DNA from: Callorhinchus milii
Lineage: Eukaryota
NCBI RefSeq assembly: GCF_018977255.1
Contig: NW_024704742.1
Location: forward strand, 122,452,001-122,516,000
DNA length: 64,000 nt
Direction of reading: 5' to 3'
The notes beneath the pieces are model-generated. The model searched no databases, was not told the DNA's origin, and saw nothing but the letters and a program-made list of their open reading frames with translations. Both the position numbers and the translations under genes were made by a program. Shown here one piece after another: positions 42,346 to 54,395 of the stretch. The first letter of the stretch is position 1. Each line of letters opens with the position of its first letter.

Positions 42346-43439
42346 ACCCATCTGTCTCTTTGATTAATCTCCTCATTGGAGCACAGAGTGGCAGTGTTCA
42401 GCACACTGTGGCCAGCATTGAAATAGAGCAAGCTACCTGTTTAAAGTTTTCCTGTGAGTATAGAAAATACGTGAAGCAATGTGAAGGGAGTTCGAAAACT
42501 GTCTTGAATGCAAAGGTCAAAAAAACGAAATAATTCAATGATCTTTTAAAAATATTTCATTCAGAAAGACAAGTGGCCTGGTGCTATCTTTGCAAGACCT
42601 GCTTTTTGTTTTCAAAAATTAGGACTCGATAAGGTCTCATTTAAAAAGGTTTTAAGTGAATAAAAAAGGGTAAAAGATGTTCTATGACACATTGTTTGAT
42701 GTGATAATTATCACATACACATGTCAATCCATGCAAAAACCAATGGCTCTCTACCTACCGACTGGGATTACTCCTATTAAAAAAAATAGAAACAGAAATA
42801 GTCAGATAACACACTGCCTTGCTAAGAGACGCCACAAACCCTTTCAAGGCAATGGTTATATTCACATGACAGTGCTTTAAAAGGCTGGAAAACAAAATGC
42901 TTTGATCCACCACAGTGGAAAGAAAAACTGGTGTTTCTTGTTTCACAACTTCCTACAACCCGCCTGATCCAGCTGCTCCCTTCGCTCAGTGAATATAGTC
43001 CTGCTTTATATCCCCCTCCCTAACCACCCCATCATCAGCAGGTGGACTTCCAGCCATTCTGTGTCCAGTCTCTGGAATTCCATCCAGGAGTCCCTTCAAC
43101 TCATTCCCTCCCTCCCCACATTTAAAGCCCTCCTTTCAGTCATGTTTCCCTTCCCCTAGCCTCTTCGTCTCCCTAGCCTGGGGCCCAGCCAGCAGTGCTT
43201 TGAGACATTCTATTCAAATCTTTCCTCTTTTCAGACTCAGGATGATTAAAATGATATGAGACTTGCTGGAACAGGAAAGGAGCGCAGGACTTCAATACTA
43301 TTTCGCAGCAGAAAGGTTTGATGTACAAGTCTAATAAAAGTACAGAGTTGAATTGCTTAGCATCATCTGCAACCCATTAATAAACTCCTAATTACATCAT
43401 TACATTTTCTATAACCCACTTGTATTCTATATTAACTCC

Positions 43440-44340
43440 ACTTCAGGACTTTGACGCTTACAGGTTAGATGTTTCAATGCAGCACTGCTTTGTTGGAGGT
43501 GCCATCCTCCAGAAGAGATGTTAAACTGAGGGCCTGACTGCCTTTTCAGGTGCACTTGAAAGGTCCCATGGCATTATTCTCCAAAAATCCCTAAATAAAA
43601 TTGGTCTTTCACATCGTTGCTATTTATATGACGAATAACCATGATGTCAATGCTGCATTTACCTACATCAATAACAGTCACTAAACTTTACAATAAATCC
43701 TGTGAAACGCTTTGAGACGTCCTTCTAATGTGAAAGGCACTATATCAAATATCAAGGATTTATAAAGGACTTTCCGCTTATAGAAATGCGAACAATTCTC
43801 CCCTATATACTCGATTTGTCTGCACACTGAACAGTTGCTTGTATCTCACCATAAAACTCAAATGGCTCTCAAAATACATGTACTCAAACAATGCACCAAC
43901 AGGGGAATCAAAAGCCACAAAATTATTTATAAAATGAATATATAATAATCCTTGTATTTGATATAGCACCTTAAAACGTCATCAAAACATCTCGAAGTGC
44001 TTCATGGGATTTACTGTAAAGTGTAGTGACTGTATTTTGTGTTCCAAATGTTGTAGCCCATTTTCACACAGCAATGTTTTGGATACAGCCATGAAACGAA
44101 TGATCAAATTTATGTGGGGGATTGTTGGCCAGGACACCGAGACAAATGCCTTTCTCTTTTTGAGCAGTGCCATGGGATCTTTAACATACATCTGGAAGAC
44201 CAGAGGGGACCTCATCTTAACATCTGATGGCACCTCCGACAATGCAACACTCCCCAGCACTATTTAGGAGTGTAAGCCTAGTTCCCACCTTGTAGACTTG
44301 AACCTACAATCTTCTGACTCAGAGGCGAGAGTCCTAACAC
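43440..44340. mobile_element. Two Deu-type SINEs tail-to-tail (+ 43440-43762; - 43943-44340)
   Basis: Both show the Deu core and the atatcaaat..aaggatt tail, in opposite orientation. Confidence 0.75.
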
Positions 44341-45429
44341 CTAAAATATGTAAAGCATTTTGACCAATACCAATAGTTTGCATACTGGCTTCAATACGAG
44401 CATACAATGCACATGAATACTACCCGATGATTTAGTCTAAAGACATGAACTCTTCTAGCCTCACATGAGCACTATTAAAATTGTTATTTTGAAACAGCAC
44501 AGGAAAAAATACTGGACACTTATTCATTGATTTTCTGCTTGCTCATAAATCGGTCACATGCCAATGAACATTTTTCCAACTAGTGTGTATTTGCTGATGG
44601 GTTCAATAAGTGTAATTTTAGTCAGATTTATTATTTGTTGCTGTCGACATACATCAGTGAAAGAAAATAGTCGTTATTCTTTCAGAGAAAGCCATTAGGA
44701 ATACAAAAGAGATATTGTGTCAAAGGGTTTTAAAGAACAGATGTCCGTCTTTTGTGAATGAGCTTCACCAATATTTTCCATCAGTTATCACCGTATTCAT
44801 GTGGGTGGCTGCTAACACATTGTCAGGGAAACACTCAATGTGGCTTTGTCATTACAAGGTTTCCTTTTCTCTCTTTGTTTGCAGTCTGACGTAAGCAGCT
44901 GTGGAAGCTGATCATAAGATAAAACCAGGTATTCTCTAGTCTTACCTCACATGCTTTGCTTTGTTTTTTTATCTGACAATTGGGAGGGAATATTGAACAG
45001 ACTCACTATTCCTACATGGAAATGGAAATTAAAAATACAGCCAAGCCAAATCACTGAGTTGCTAAACAGTAGGGTGCCAGGAGAGCACAGAGGTAGCAAT
45101 GGGGTGAGGAGGCATCTGAAACTAAGGACAAGAATCTTGAATACGATTCTTGAATACAATCCTACTAGGGGATGGGAAGTTCGTAGAGCTGAGCAAGGTT
45201 GGCGGTAATGAGCTTATGGAGCCTAGGGCAGGGGAGGACACGGGACACACAGTTCAAGATGGTCTATAGCTTGTGTAGGGAGGAGCTTGGGAGTCCGATG
45301 AGCAGGGCGCTGGGATAAAGAATAAAGAAAATATTACTGCAAAAAAAAAAGAATCCAAATAATTGTGATGGATAATTGAACTGTTGGCCCCATATTCGTA
45401 GAGATGCACATCACACATTGGATGAAATG

Positions 45430-46200
45430 TTTCCTGTACTGCCACATGCATCCACATTCAATTTGTACCTGATCTTCTCGAATTTCTTATTTTGTATGTT
45501 GCAGCCACATCAATGATACTGCGTGCACAATCTAGTTGCTTTTTTTATGATGATGTCTAGTTCATTACAGATGCTGTTCTATATGTATGTGGTTGTGAGT
45601 TTTAGCTTATTGTGATGTTACCTTTTGATGTCAGTTTTGTTGGTTGATGTTCATAGCAGTTGGTCTTTAAGTCTATATCAAAGTGTTTACAAATTGTCTA
45701 TTGGATATATTTAGCTACAATGTTATGTTGATGGCACTAGGGCTCGATATGATATGATGACAATAAGCGGTCGACTATTTCTGCTGCTTGATGGCATATT
45801 CGGCATTTCAGATCAATGTTTTTCTTCAAAATCTTATTTTCATAATAACAGATAGCAATAGTTTGATCCTGCGCTGATATTATGAGAAGTTTTGTTTTGG
45901 CTCTCAGATCGCCGTTAGTTCAAAGAGCTGTAGCTTTGGTTCATATCTAGACGTTGTTCTTTCATTTCTCTTAGAAACTGACCATGCATGACTTTCTTCT
46001 CCCATTCATCTTTCCTGCAGGATATAATTTAGTTTTTAAGGGCAATTTTCATTCCATGCAACATTTTTGTTGGTTCAGTTGAGCTACTTTCTAGTTCTCT
46101 TTGATGGATGTCATATTCTTGCTCGATCGAGATTGCTTCTATAGTGATGGAAAATTAATTTTTCTGGTTTTCATGATATTATTATAAATAATGAATGCAA
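45430..46200 (-). mobile_element. Degraded R4-clade (RLE-type) non-LTR retrotransposon, C-terminal region
   Basis: Manual translation through stops and frameshifts: WEKKVMHGQFLR..GDLRAKTKLLIISAQDQ..KCRICHQAAEIVDRLLSS..HNIVAKYIQ*TICKHF..YEHQP..LDIII..IIDVA..EKI, i.e. zinc knuckle plus PD-(D/E)xK endonuclease layout. Confidence 0.8.
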
Positions 46201-47654
46201 CAAGATTAAATAGCCATTTTCTTCTAACATTTTCCAATTTTTTACTTTGTGTTCATCTGCAAGTAGTGGGGTTAATTTTGAAGTATTTTGTAATAGAATT
46301 CTTAAATAAGAAGTGGGAACTCCTATTGGTAACTGAAAGTGTGTCACCACATCATCATAACTGAAGCAAATCCCACTCTGTAAACAAACTGAAGTGAAGT
46401 GGCTTTTCCATACGTCAGCATCATAGATGTTCAGATTTCTTAATTAAGTGATGTATCTGTTAAGCAATATCGTAAAATTGACTGCTAGATTTAGAAAAAA
46501 AGACAAGTGAAAGTATCTTCTCGGTGTTTTAGAGGATTAAAAATCAGATTTCCTAACTTTTATTTGACTAGCTGTCTGAGGAACCATTAGTAACCCTTGC
46601 TAGCTTCTGCTGAGTTCAGAACTGCTGAAGGCTAAGGAAGGACTTCAGAGAAGGAATTCCTTTTTGACTGGATAAAGAAGCTTTATCAGGACATGACTTC
46701 AGTTACATGAAACGTGAATCTAATTTCACCATTAGATTCTAACAGTTATACATTTGCATGCCAAACATTGGAATGTAATGATTTATTAATTGGCAGCTTT
46801 TGAAAGGTTAAATAATTATTCATATTTCTTTGATGTGGGGAAAAATAACTGTGCCCTGACAGTCATCTGTTCATAATGTTTTGCATAGTTTATTAATTTT
46901 AACTGCAGTATGTTAATCTGAAAGGCAACACAATTTACATAAAGAATCTAGGCTTTAATAAAATTATTTTATAATCCACATGTTATTCAATGTAAAAGAA
47001 TATTTTCTCCAAAGATTAATTGCAAAATTACCTGTTTTATAGGATCTGTAACTTCAAACCGTACCGCACAGATATTTACTGTGACTGTAGTTATTGTCAT
47101 TACATATATTGCTTTTTTAAATGAATAAGCTTGTAAGGGATTGAATTATGGACTGTTTAAAAGAACTAGGAATGTCTGTCTGATTTATTCACTGTGAAGA
47201 ATCTAGCACTGAGTCATAAGAACTTACTTGCACTGTTTTCTCTGCTAATTAGATGGTTTCTTAGCTCTGAATGAAGCATCTAACTTCCTTGTTCCTGCTA
47301 AGACACAGTACCATGCATTCATTACCTGACAAGAGTTAACCACAGGAACCCACATGCACTGTCTGGAAACAGAACATATTAAAAGAGGATAGAAAATGTC
47401 ATGCACACAATGAGAGACTAGAAATCTGAGCAATTCTCAAAAGTCTTCCCCACAGAGAAGAATATGGAAGATAGCTAAGAACCAAATATGTGAAAGATGT
47501 ACACATGAAAGATGCTCCTGCTTTTATTCCTGTTTTATGCCATTTTTGTCTCACTTCTTTACAGATTTACAAGAGAACAAAGGGTATTATTTCCCCTCAG
47601 TGGTTGAAAAGTCTTTAGAGAGAAATTCCAACACGAGCATTTTAAAGAGAATAA

Positions 47655-48396
47655 AACAACAACAAGATTCCATTTATAGAGCGCCTTTCACGTCGGGAGA
47701 ACGTCGCAAGGTGCTGGACAGTTGGGTCAGGACCCGAGCAGGGGGGAAATGGTCAAGGTGAGGGGAGGGAAGGGAGGGAGCGAGGAGGGGGTAGAGAGTA
47801 GAGAGAGGAGCTGAAGGCACGGTCAAAGAGAAAGGTCTTGAGACCGGCCTTGAAGGAGGAAAGGGAGGAGGCAAGGCGAAGGCACTGGGGGATAGAGTTC
47901 CAGAGCCTCGGGGCTGAAGGCCCGGCCACCGATGGTAGGGCGGTTGGGGCGGGGGATGTGGAGCAGACCGGAGCCAGAGGAACGGAGGGTACGGGCGGGT
48001 AGGTAGGGGGAGAGTAGGTCGGAGAGGTAGGAGGGAGCAAGGCCGTGAATGGCCTTGTAGGTGAGGATGAGGATCTTGAATTCGATCCTCTCGGGGATGG
48101 GGAGCCAGTGGAGGCGAGCGAGGGTGGGAGTGATGTGGTCCCGAAGCCTGGTGCGGGACAGTACACGAGCTGCAGAGTTCTGAATGACCTGCAGCTTGTG
48201 GAGGGAGGTGCCGGGAAGGCCGACGAGGAGAGAGTTCCCGTAGTCCAGCCTTGAGGTGATAAAGGCGTGGACCAGAGTTTCAGCAGCGTGAGGGGTGAGG
48301 TAGTGCCGTAGTCTGGCGATGTTTCGGAGGTGATGGAAGGCAGTGCCAGTTGTGACGCGGATATGAGGAAGAAAGGACAGCTCAGGGTCGAACAGA
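47655..48396 (-). mobile_element. Young L2, 5'-truncated
   Basis: Near-identical to 4193-5243 without the SINE; 8-bp deletion between ggctga repeats at about 47912. Confidence 0.95.
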
Positions 48397-48414
48397 CCAG
48401 CTAGCCAGGTTTAT

Positions 48415-48780
48415 TGTGTAGCTCAGTGGTTAGAGCACTCACCTCACAAGCAAGAGGACCTGGGTTCGATTCCCAGGCAGGGCGACACATTGGGTAAGTT
48501 TCCTTACTCTACGCCCCTCTGTTTATCTAGCAGTAAGTAAGAACCCGGTTGTTAGTCGATTGGTGTATCACTTTTACGGGAGTAATAATCCCTTCAACAA
48601 TAAATAAATAAAAAATAATTATAATTTGGTCACTCAATCCATGACTGTTTGTGGAACACTGCTGTGCATAATTGACTGCTGCATTTCGCCCCCAAATACA
48701 CAGTCAATTCACTTAACAGTATATTCTGTGAAGTGCTCTGAAACGTTCGAAGACGTAATAAGGCGCTATATCAAATGCAA
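48415..48780 (+). mobile_element. Long-form variant of the tRNA-SINE
   Basis: Same head and tail as the young SINE plus an extra internal segment of about 70 bp (48515-48582). Confidence 0.85.
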
Positions 48781-49405
48781 CAACAAGATTACATTTGTAT
48801 AGTGCCTTTCACGTCAGGAGGACGTCCCAAGTGTTGGACAGACAGAGTTCCGGCCCCAAGCTGAGTGTGGGGGTGGGAGTGGGTGGAGGGCAGGGGTGAG
48901 AAGCAGGGAGATCAAAAGCATGGTCGAAGAGGAGAGTCTTGAGGTGGGTCTTGAAGGTGGCGGGGAGGGGGTGAGATGGAGGGACTGCGGGATGGAGTTC
49001 CAGAGGGTGCAGAGCGGCTGAAAGCTCGCCTGTTGATAGTGGGGCGAGCAAGGCGGGGACATGAAGCAGGCTGCAGCCCGCTGAGCGGAGGGAGCAGACA
49101 GGTTGGTAGGAGGTTAGGAGGTCGGAGAGGTAGGGGGGAGCAAGAGTGTGGAGGGCTTTAAAGGTGAGCACCTGGATCTTGAACTGTATCTGTGTGATGG
49201 GAAGCCAATGGAGTTGGGCAAGGATGGGGGTGATAGGGTCACTGTGCCTAGCTAGGGAGAGGACACAGGCTGCCAAGTTCTGGATGATCTGCAGCTTGTG
49301 GAGGGAGGAGTTGGGGAGGCCAACAAGCAGTGAGTTTGCATAGTCGAGCCTCGATATAATGAAGGCGCGTATGAGGTTTTTGGCGTCCTGCGGTGTGAGA
49401 CAGCG
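48779..49405 (-). mobile_element. Diverged L2 3' fragment
   Basis: ORF AFIISRLDYANSLL..ITPILAQLHWLP..FKTHLKTLLF. Confidence 0.88.
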
Positions 49406-50395
49406 CAAATGCAAGTATTATTATTATTAGCAGGAGTGGTATGGCAGACTTCAGTGCCTTGGAACAGTGCCTTGGAACGTGCTCCCGATGTGAAAGGCAC
49501 TATATAAATGCAATTTGTTGTTGCTGTCACTGGAGCAGGGATTAATAATAATCCTTACATTTGGTACCTTACACGTTGAGAATTATTCACAGGATAAGAC
49601 TGTAAAGTGGTGTAACTATGTGTTTTGTGGGCAAACCCAGCAGCCAAATTGTACACAGCAATGTCCCATAAACAGCAATGAAGTGAATGACAAATTTTGT
49701 TTGAGGGATTGTTGGCCAGGACATGGGGGGAAATGGCCAACAATCCCTTGACTTACAAAACAATGCTTTCATTGACAAGTTAGGTGGTTTTAGCTGGTTA
49801 CACTCCAGAGTTACCCCAACACACATCTTTGAGTCCCCAAGTCTTGGCTCTCACCAATCCGTGACTAATACTCTCCAGAATCAGGTAAGCAAGATGTTTC
49901 CCTCTGGGGCAGAGAGTGCGCATTTCATTCCAGACGTGGGAATTTTCATGTGTGGTTGGCATGCATGGTTCTCTGTCTAGTTTAGATTCTCCTAAGCATG
50001 ATGATGGGTTTCCGCATGTGTCAGACATTCAGCTGACCAAAAAAAAATCAGTCCCTTGTATATTTATCTACACAATTTATAAATCTGAATTATTGGGATT
50101 TTCCAATGGAAGTCAATATCCAGTGAATAATGGACATATACAGTATGGTTACAAGTCGGTGACTTTAAAGATCTGCTGAAAAGACAGTACATTTGTATTA
50201 GAAATGTCTGAAAACAAGCAGATGGATATCAACATGCAATCTTCTGAAATAATCCCGCTGTCTAGTGAAGTGAAGATGAATGACTTATTGACCTATTTAC
50301 CCAGACTGTTTCACACTCTCCAATTACATTACTTTTTTAAAAAAAAACTTCCCATTTTCTCTGCTTCACACCTGAAGGATGATTCATGCTGGAGT

Positions 50396-50726
50396 TAATA
50401 ATAATAATAATAATAATAATCCTTGCATTTGATATAGCGCTTTTCACGTCAGGAGGACGTCCCAAAGCGCTTCACAGAACACACTGTAAAGTGAATTGAC
50501 TGTATATTTGTGGGTGAACGCGGCAGCCAATTGCGCACAGCAATGTCCCACAAACAGTCGTAGATTGAAAATGACCAATTTAATTATTGTTTTTGGTTTT
50601 TTGGAGGGATTATTATTAGGCGTGTGGAGTAAGGAAACTTGCCCAAGGTTTCGCCCTGCCTGGAATTGAACTCAGGTCTCTCACTTGCAAAGCGAGTGCT
50701 CTAACCACTGAGCTACAGGACTCCAC
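50396..50726 (-). mobile_element. Young tRNA-SINE, full length
   Basis: Reverse complement of 1216-1540. Confidence 0.95.
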
Positions 50727-52699
50727 ATTCAGTTGCACAGATACTTTCCTCAAGTAGTCATTCATTAAGTGCAACCCAGACAGTGAGGAATCACAAGCTA
50801 CCTAAGTATGTGTGCATATTACACCTGAGCCCTATTCTATCCACTGCCAATATCCTCATTTGCACACTTTACAGCAGGTCACTGGGTAGTGATCAAGATT
50901 GGCAACCCTGGTCAATGGTTTCCCTTAGCTTAATGGTACTAAAGCCAATTGCAGTATCTTTACTGCTGTCTTTTTGAGTTTAGCATACTATGTAAGCTTA
51001 ATCACCTGGGTGCATTAAATGTTTGTTCCCTACAATTGACCTAATTTGTCTATCAGCAGCCATTCCTGCTGTGACATGTTTTTATGGGATAACTCTCAAT
51101 TGGGAACTAACTATGGCATTTTTCAGACATTTGGTGGTCAACTGGCAGAAAAATGGTCTTTATAGACAATTAAGAATATAATTATTTGTAATTAGTCCAA
51201 GAAAAATAGCCTTTGGAAGCAGGGGAACAAGAAGCAAGTTACAATATATATTTTAAGGTTAGCTATTCTTAATCCCATTCACTTCAAACACTCTGGGATT
51301 CTACCCTGCATGAGGGGCACTATATAAATGCAAGTTGTTGCTGTTGTAGTAGATTAATTTACATTAGGCTACATATTTAAGTCAAGAGCAGAGAAAGAAC
51401 ATCTACTGAAATGGTCCATTTTACAATAATGTAAAAATAAAGGTTAAAATAAAGAGTAGAAAAGAGAGAGGAAAGAACAAGGATTACGGGAAATAGAAGC
51501 AAAGTTTAAAATTGGGTTTTTAAATGTTCATTATATTTTGTAAAGTTAATGTTACTCCTGACATTCAAATCTAACCTCATCTATGTGAAGCGCTCTAAGA
51601 CGTTATTCTATGTCACTATATAAATACAAGTTGTTGTTGTTGAGTAGATTAATTACTCTAATATTATTGTTTATTTCAGGGTCACACCGTTTGTTGAAAA
51701 ATTCAAAGAGCGACTGGCCAGGTTGACTGAAAATTCCTTGGACTTGCATGTTAAATAGTATTCCTCTGAATGGGGCTCTACAAATATCTTTGTGATACAG
51801 TGGATTGTAATTTGCACTTGTTTATTTCTGTATTATTTTATAGCTGTGCTTCAGAACTAATTTCCTTATCAATTCATTTTTTTTGGTGAATTATGTTGTG
51901 CTCATTAAAACTCGTTGCAATACGGAAGACCTTGCAATAAAAGGCAAGTTCATTATCGCATCTAACAAATTGTCTGCCTCAGATCTCCTGAGAAATGTGA
52001 TAAATACGCAAGATGTACAACTAGGACACAGCAGTCAGACATTAAAGAGAACATTGAAGATGGGATTTTATATCTAAGTCAAGAGCAGAGAAAGAACATC
52101 TACTGAAATGGTCTGTTAGGATGTCTCAATCCTCAACTGGAACTGCAGAAACTGAGAAATTCTAAAATGGCAGTGATTTAGAACTCTGGACAAGTAGGAG
52201 GTATGTACAAATGAAGCTGACTCCCTTTAGGAGAGGTCCTAATGACAAATTGGAGATGGTGGGGTCCAATGTATGAGATTCACACTAGGATTTCAAAACG
52301 GCAGGTGTGGCAAGTACCTAGATGTACTTGAGGCAACCCTTTGGAAATCCCCACCTGAAGTTCCAACTTCTGTGAAGACATCTTGTTACTGAAGGACTTC
52401 AGTGGACATCCTAGTAGATTTCCAGAGACACATCCGGATACCTGTTAAGACTGTAATGACTCTACTCAGCATTAGCAATTCATATCTGTACAAAATTGTG
52501 CATCAAGTTACAGTTTCAAGAATGGGCAGTGAAGGCATTAGCTACCATATATCTCAGTCAAATACTGTTCTAATTTCCTCATGTACGTCCTAGATATAGC
52601 TCAAATTTTGCATACACCCTGTATTAAGTTAATTTTACTCCCAGATTCATATACAAGTTCTCCGTTATCCTTGTCTAAATCATTGTAGTGAATGTTAAA

Positions 52700-53310
52700 A
52701 CAATAACTTGTATTTATATAGCATCCTTTACTCAGGAGCGCTTAACAGTGGTGGAGCCTAAAGCAAGCCAGGAAGATGTGACCATAGGCACCGTCGAAGA
52801 GCAAGGTCTTTAGGCATGAGCTGAAGATGTCGAAGGGGGAGACGAGGCAGAGGGATTGAGGGAGAGGGTTCAAAAATTTCAGGACATAACGGCTGAAAGC
52901 ATTGCTGCTAAGGGTGGAGCAGAGGGGATGAGGGACAATCAGAGGCCAGAGTCAGCCGAGTACAGGTAGAAGGGTGGTGGAGTAGGGAGTAAGCAGGTCA
53001 GAGAGGTAGGGAAGAGTCAGGGCATGAATCGATTTGTAAACATGTGTGAGGATCTTGGGAGTCGATCCGTGCTGTGATAGGGAGCCAGTGAAGCCTGGCA
53101 AAGGATTGGGGGTGATGGGGGTATGGAGTTTAGTGTGGGTGAATATACAGGCAACGGATTTTTTAATTAATTGAATTTTGTGGATAGTGGAGCTGGGGAG
53201 ACCAGCGAGGAGGGCATTGAAATTAAGGTGGGAGGTAACCAAAGTATGAATGAGGGTTTTGGCAGTGTTGGGTGTGAGGTACGGACAGTGACTGGCAATG
53301 TGATGAAGAT
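52700..53310 (-). mobile_element. Diverged L2 fragment
   Basis: [22 protein letters not shown] motif; tail at about 52700. Confidence 0.8.
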
Positions 53311-53955
53311 AAACCTCAGTAAGTCAGCTAACCATTTGTTTAAACAATGACAGTACTTTACACAGTTTGCCACAGGCACTACACTTTACAGTAGAATCTT
53401 ATCAATTGCTTTGAGTCGTCCTCCTGACGTGAAGGGAACTACATGATACCAAGAATTTATTGTTACTAAGGTTCAATTCAAACCTTCAGAGAAGTTTGCC
53501 AATTTCTGATGACTTGTGCATTTTAAAATTACATTCTCCTCTCTGAGTGACAGTTTCCTTTTAACGCAACAACCTTTACATTTCAACAGTATTGTCAAGA
53601 AGAAAATCCAGCTGTAGAGTCTATGATAATGCGTATCGACTGATGCTTCCACCTGACATTTTCATGTGAGGCTCAGAATAGTAATCAAGGAAAGATGATA
53701 TTCCTGTTCATCAAAGTTACACAAAGTTATGTCAGGTCACGTACTTGTCACTCTCTTTTCAGAGAGCATCTGGGCTATGCCCATCAAGGCGATGGATAAG
53801 TGCTCTGGGACATTACCTTGTGTGAGGGGTGGTGTAAAAATGTAAGTTGTTGTTGTGCCAGGGCTTGGAATATTTCTTACTTTATACCTAGAGGTAACCT
53901 TACCACCTTTAGTTCAGGCATACCTCCACAAAGGATGGGAGATATTTCACCATCT

Positions 53956-54395
53956 AATAATAATCCTTGCATTTTTTCATATAATGCCTTATTTATGTCA
54001 TCAAAACATCTTAAAGTGCTTTACAGTGCTTTTATTGCAAACTGTAATGACTGTGTATTTGTAGGCAAATCGGCAGCCAATTTGTGCACAGAGATTTCCC
54101 ACAAACAGCCATGAAGTGAATAACCATTTTTTTCTTGAGGATTGTTGGCCAGGACACTGGGAGAAACGCCCTTCTTTTTTTGAATGGTGTAATGGGATTT
54201 TAATATTTACCTAAACAGGCAGACTTGTCTTAAAGTCTCATCTGAAGGACAGCACCTCCGACAATGCAGCACACCTCCCGTACTGCACTGAAGTGTCAAC
54301 ATATACTATACGAGTTCAAAGTCCCTACGTGGGGCTTGAACTCACAACCTTGTGACTCAAAGGTGAGAGTGCTTCCAACTGAGACAGGCTGACAT
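53956..54395 (-). mobile_element. Deu-type SINE, near full length
   Basis: Tail, Deu core (cagcacctccgacaatgcagcac) and tRNA-like head all present. Confidence 0.8.

Noticed and set aside
42397..42416. REST/RE1-like motif TTCAGCAC..GGCCAGC
   Set aside because: Non-canonical spacing and a mismatched right half.
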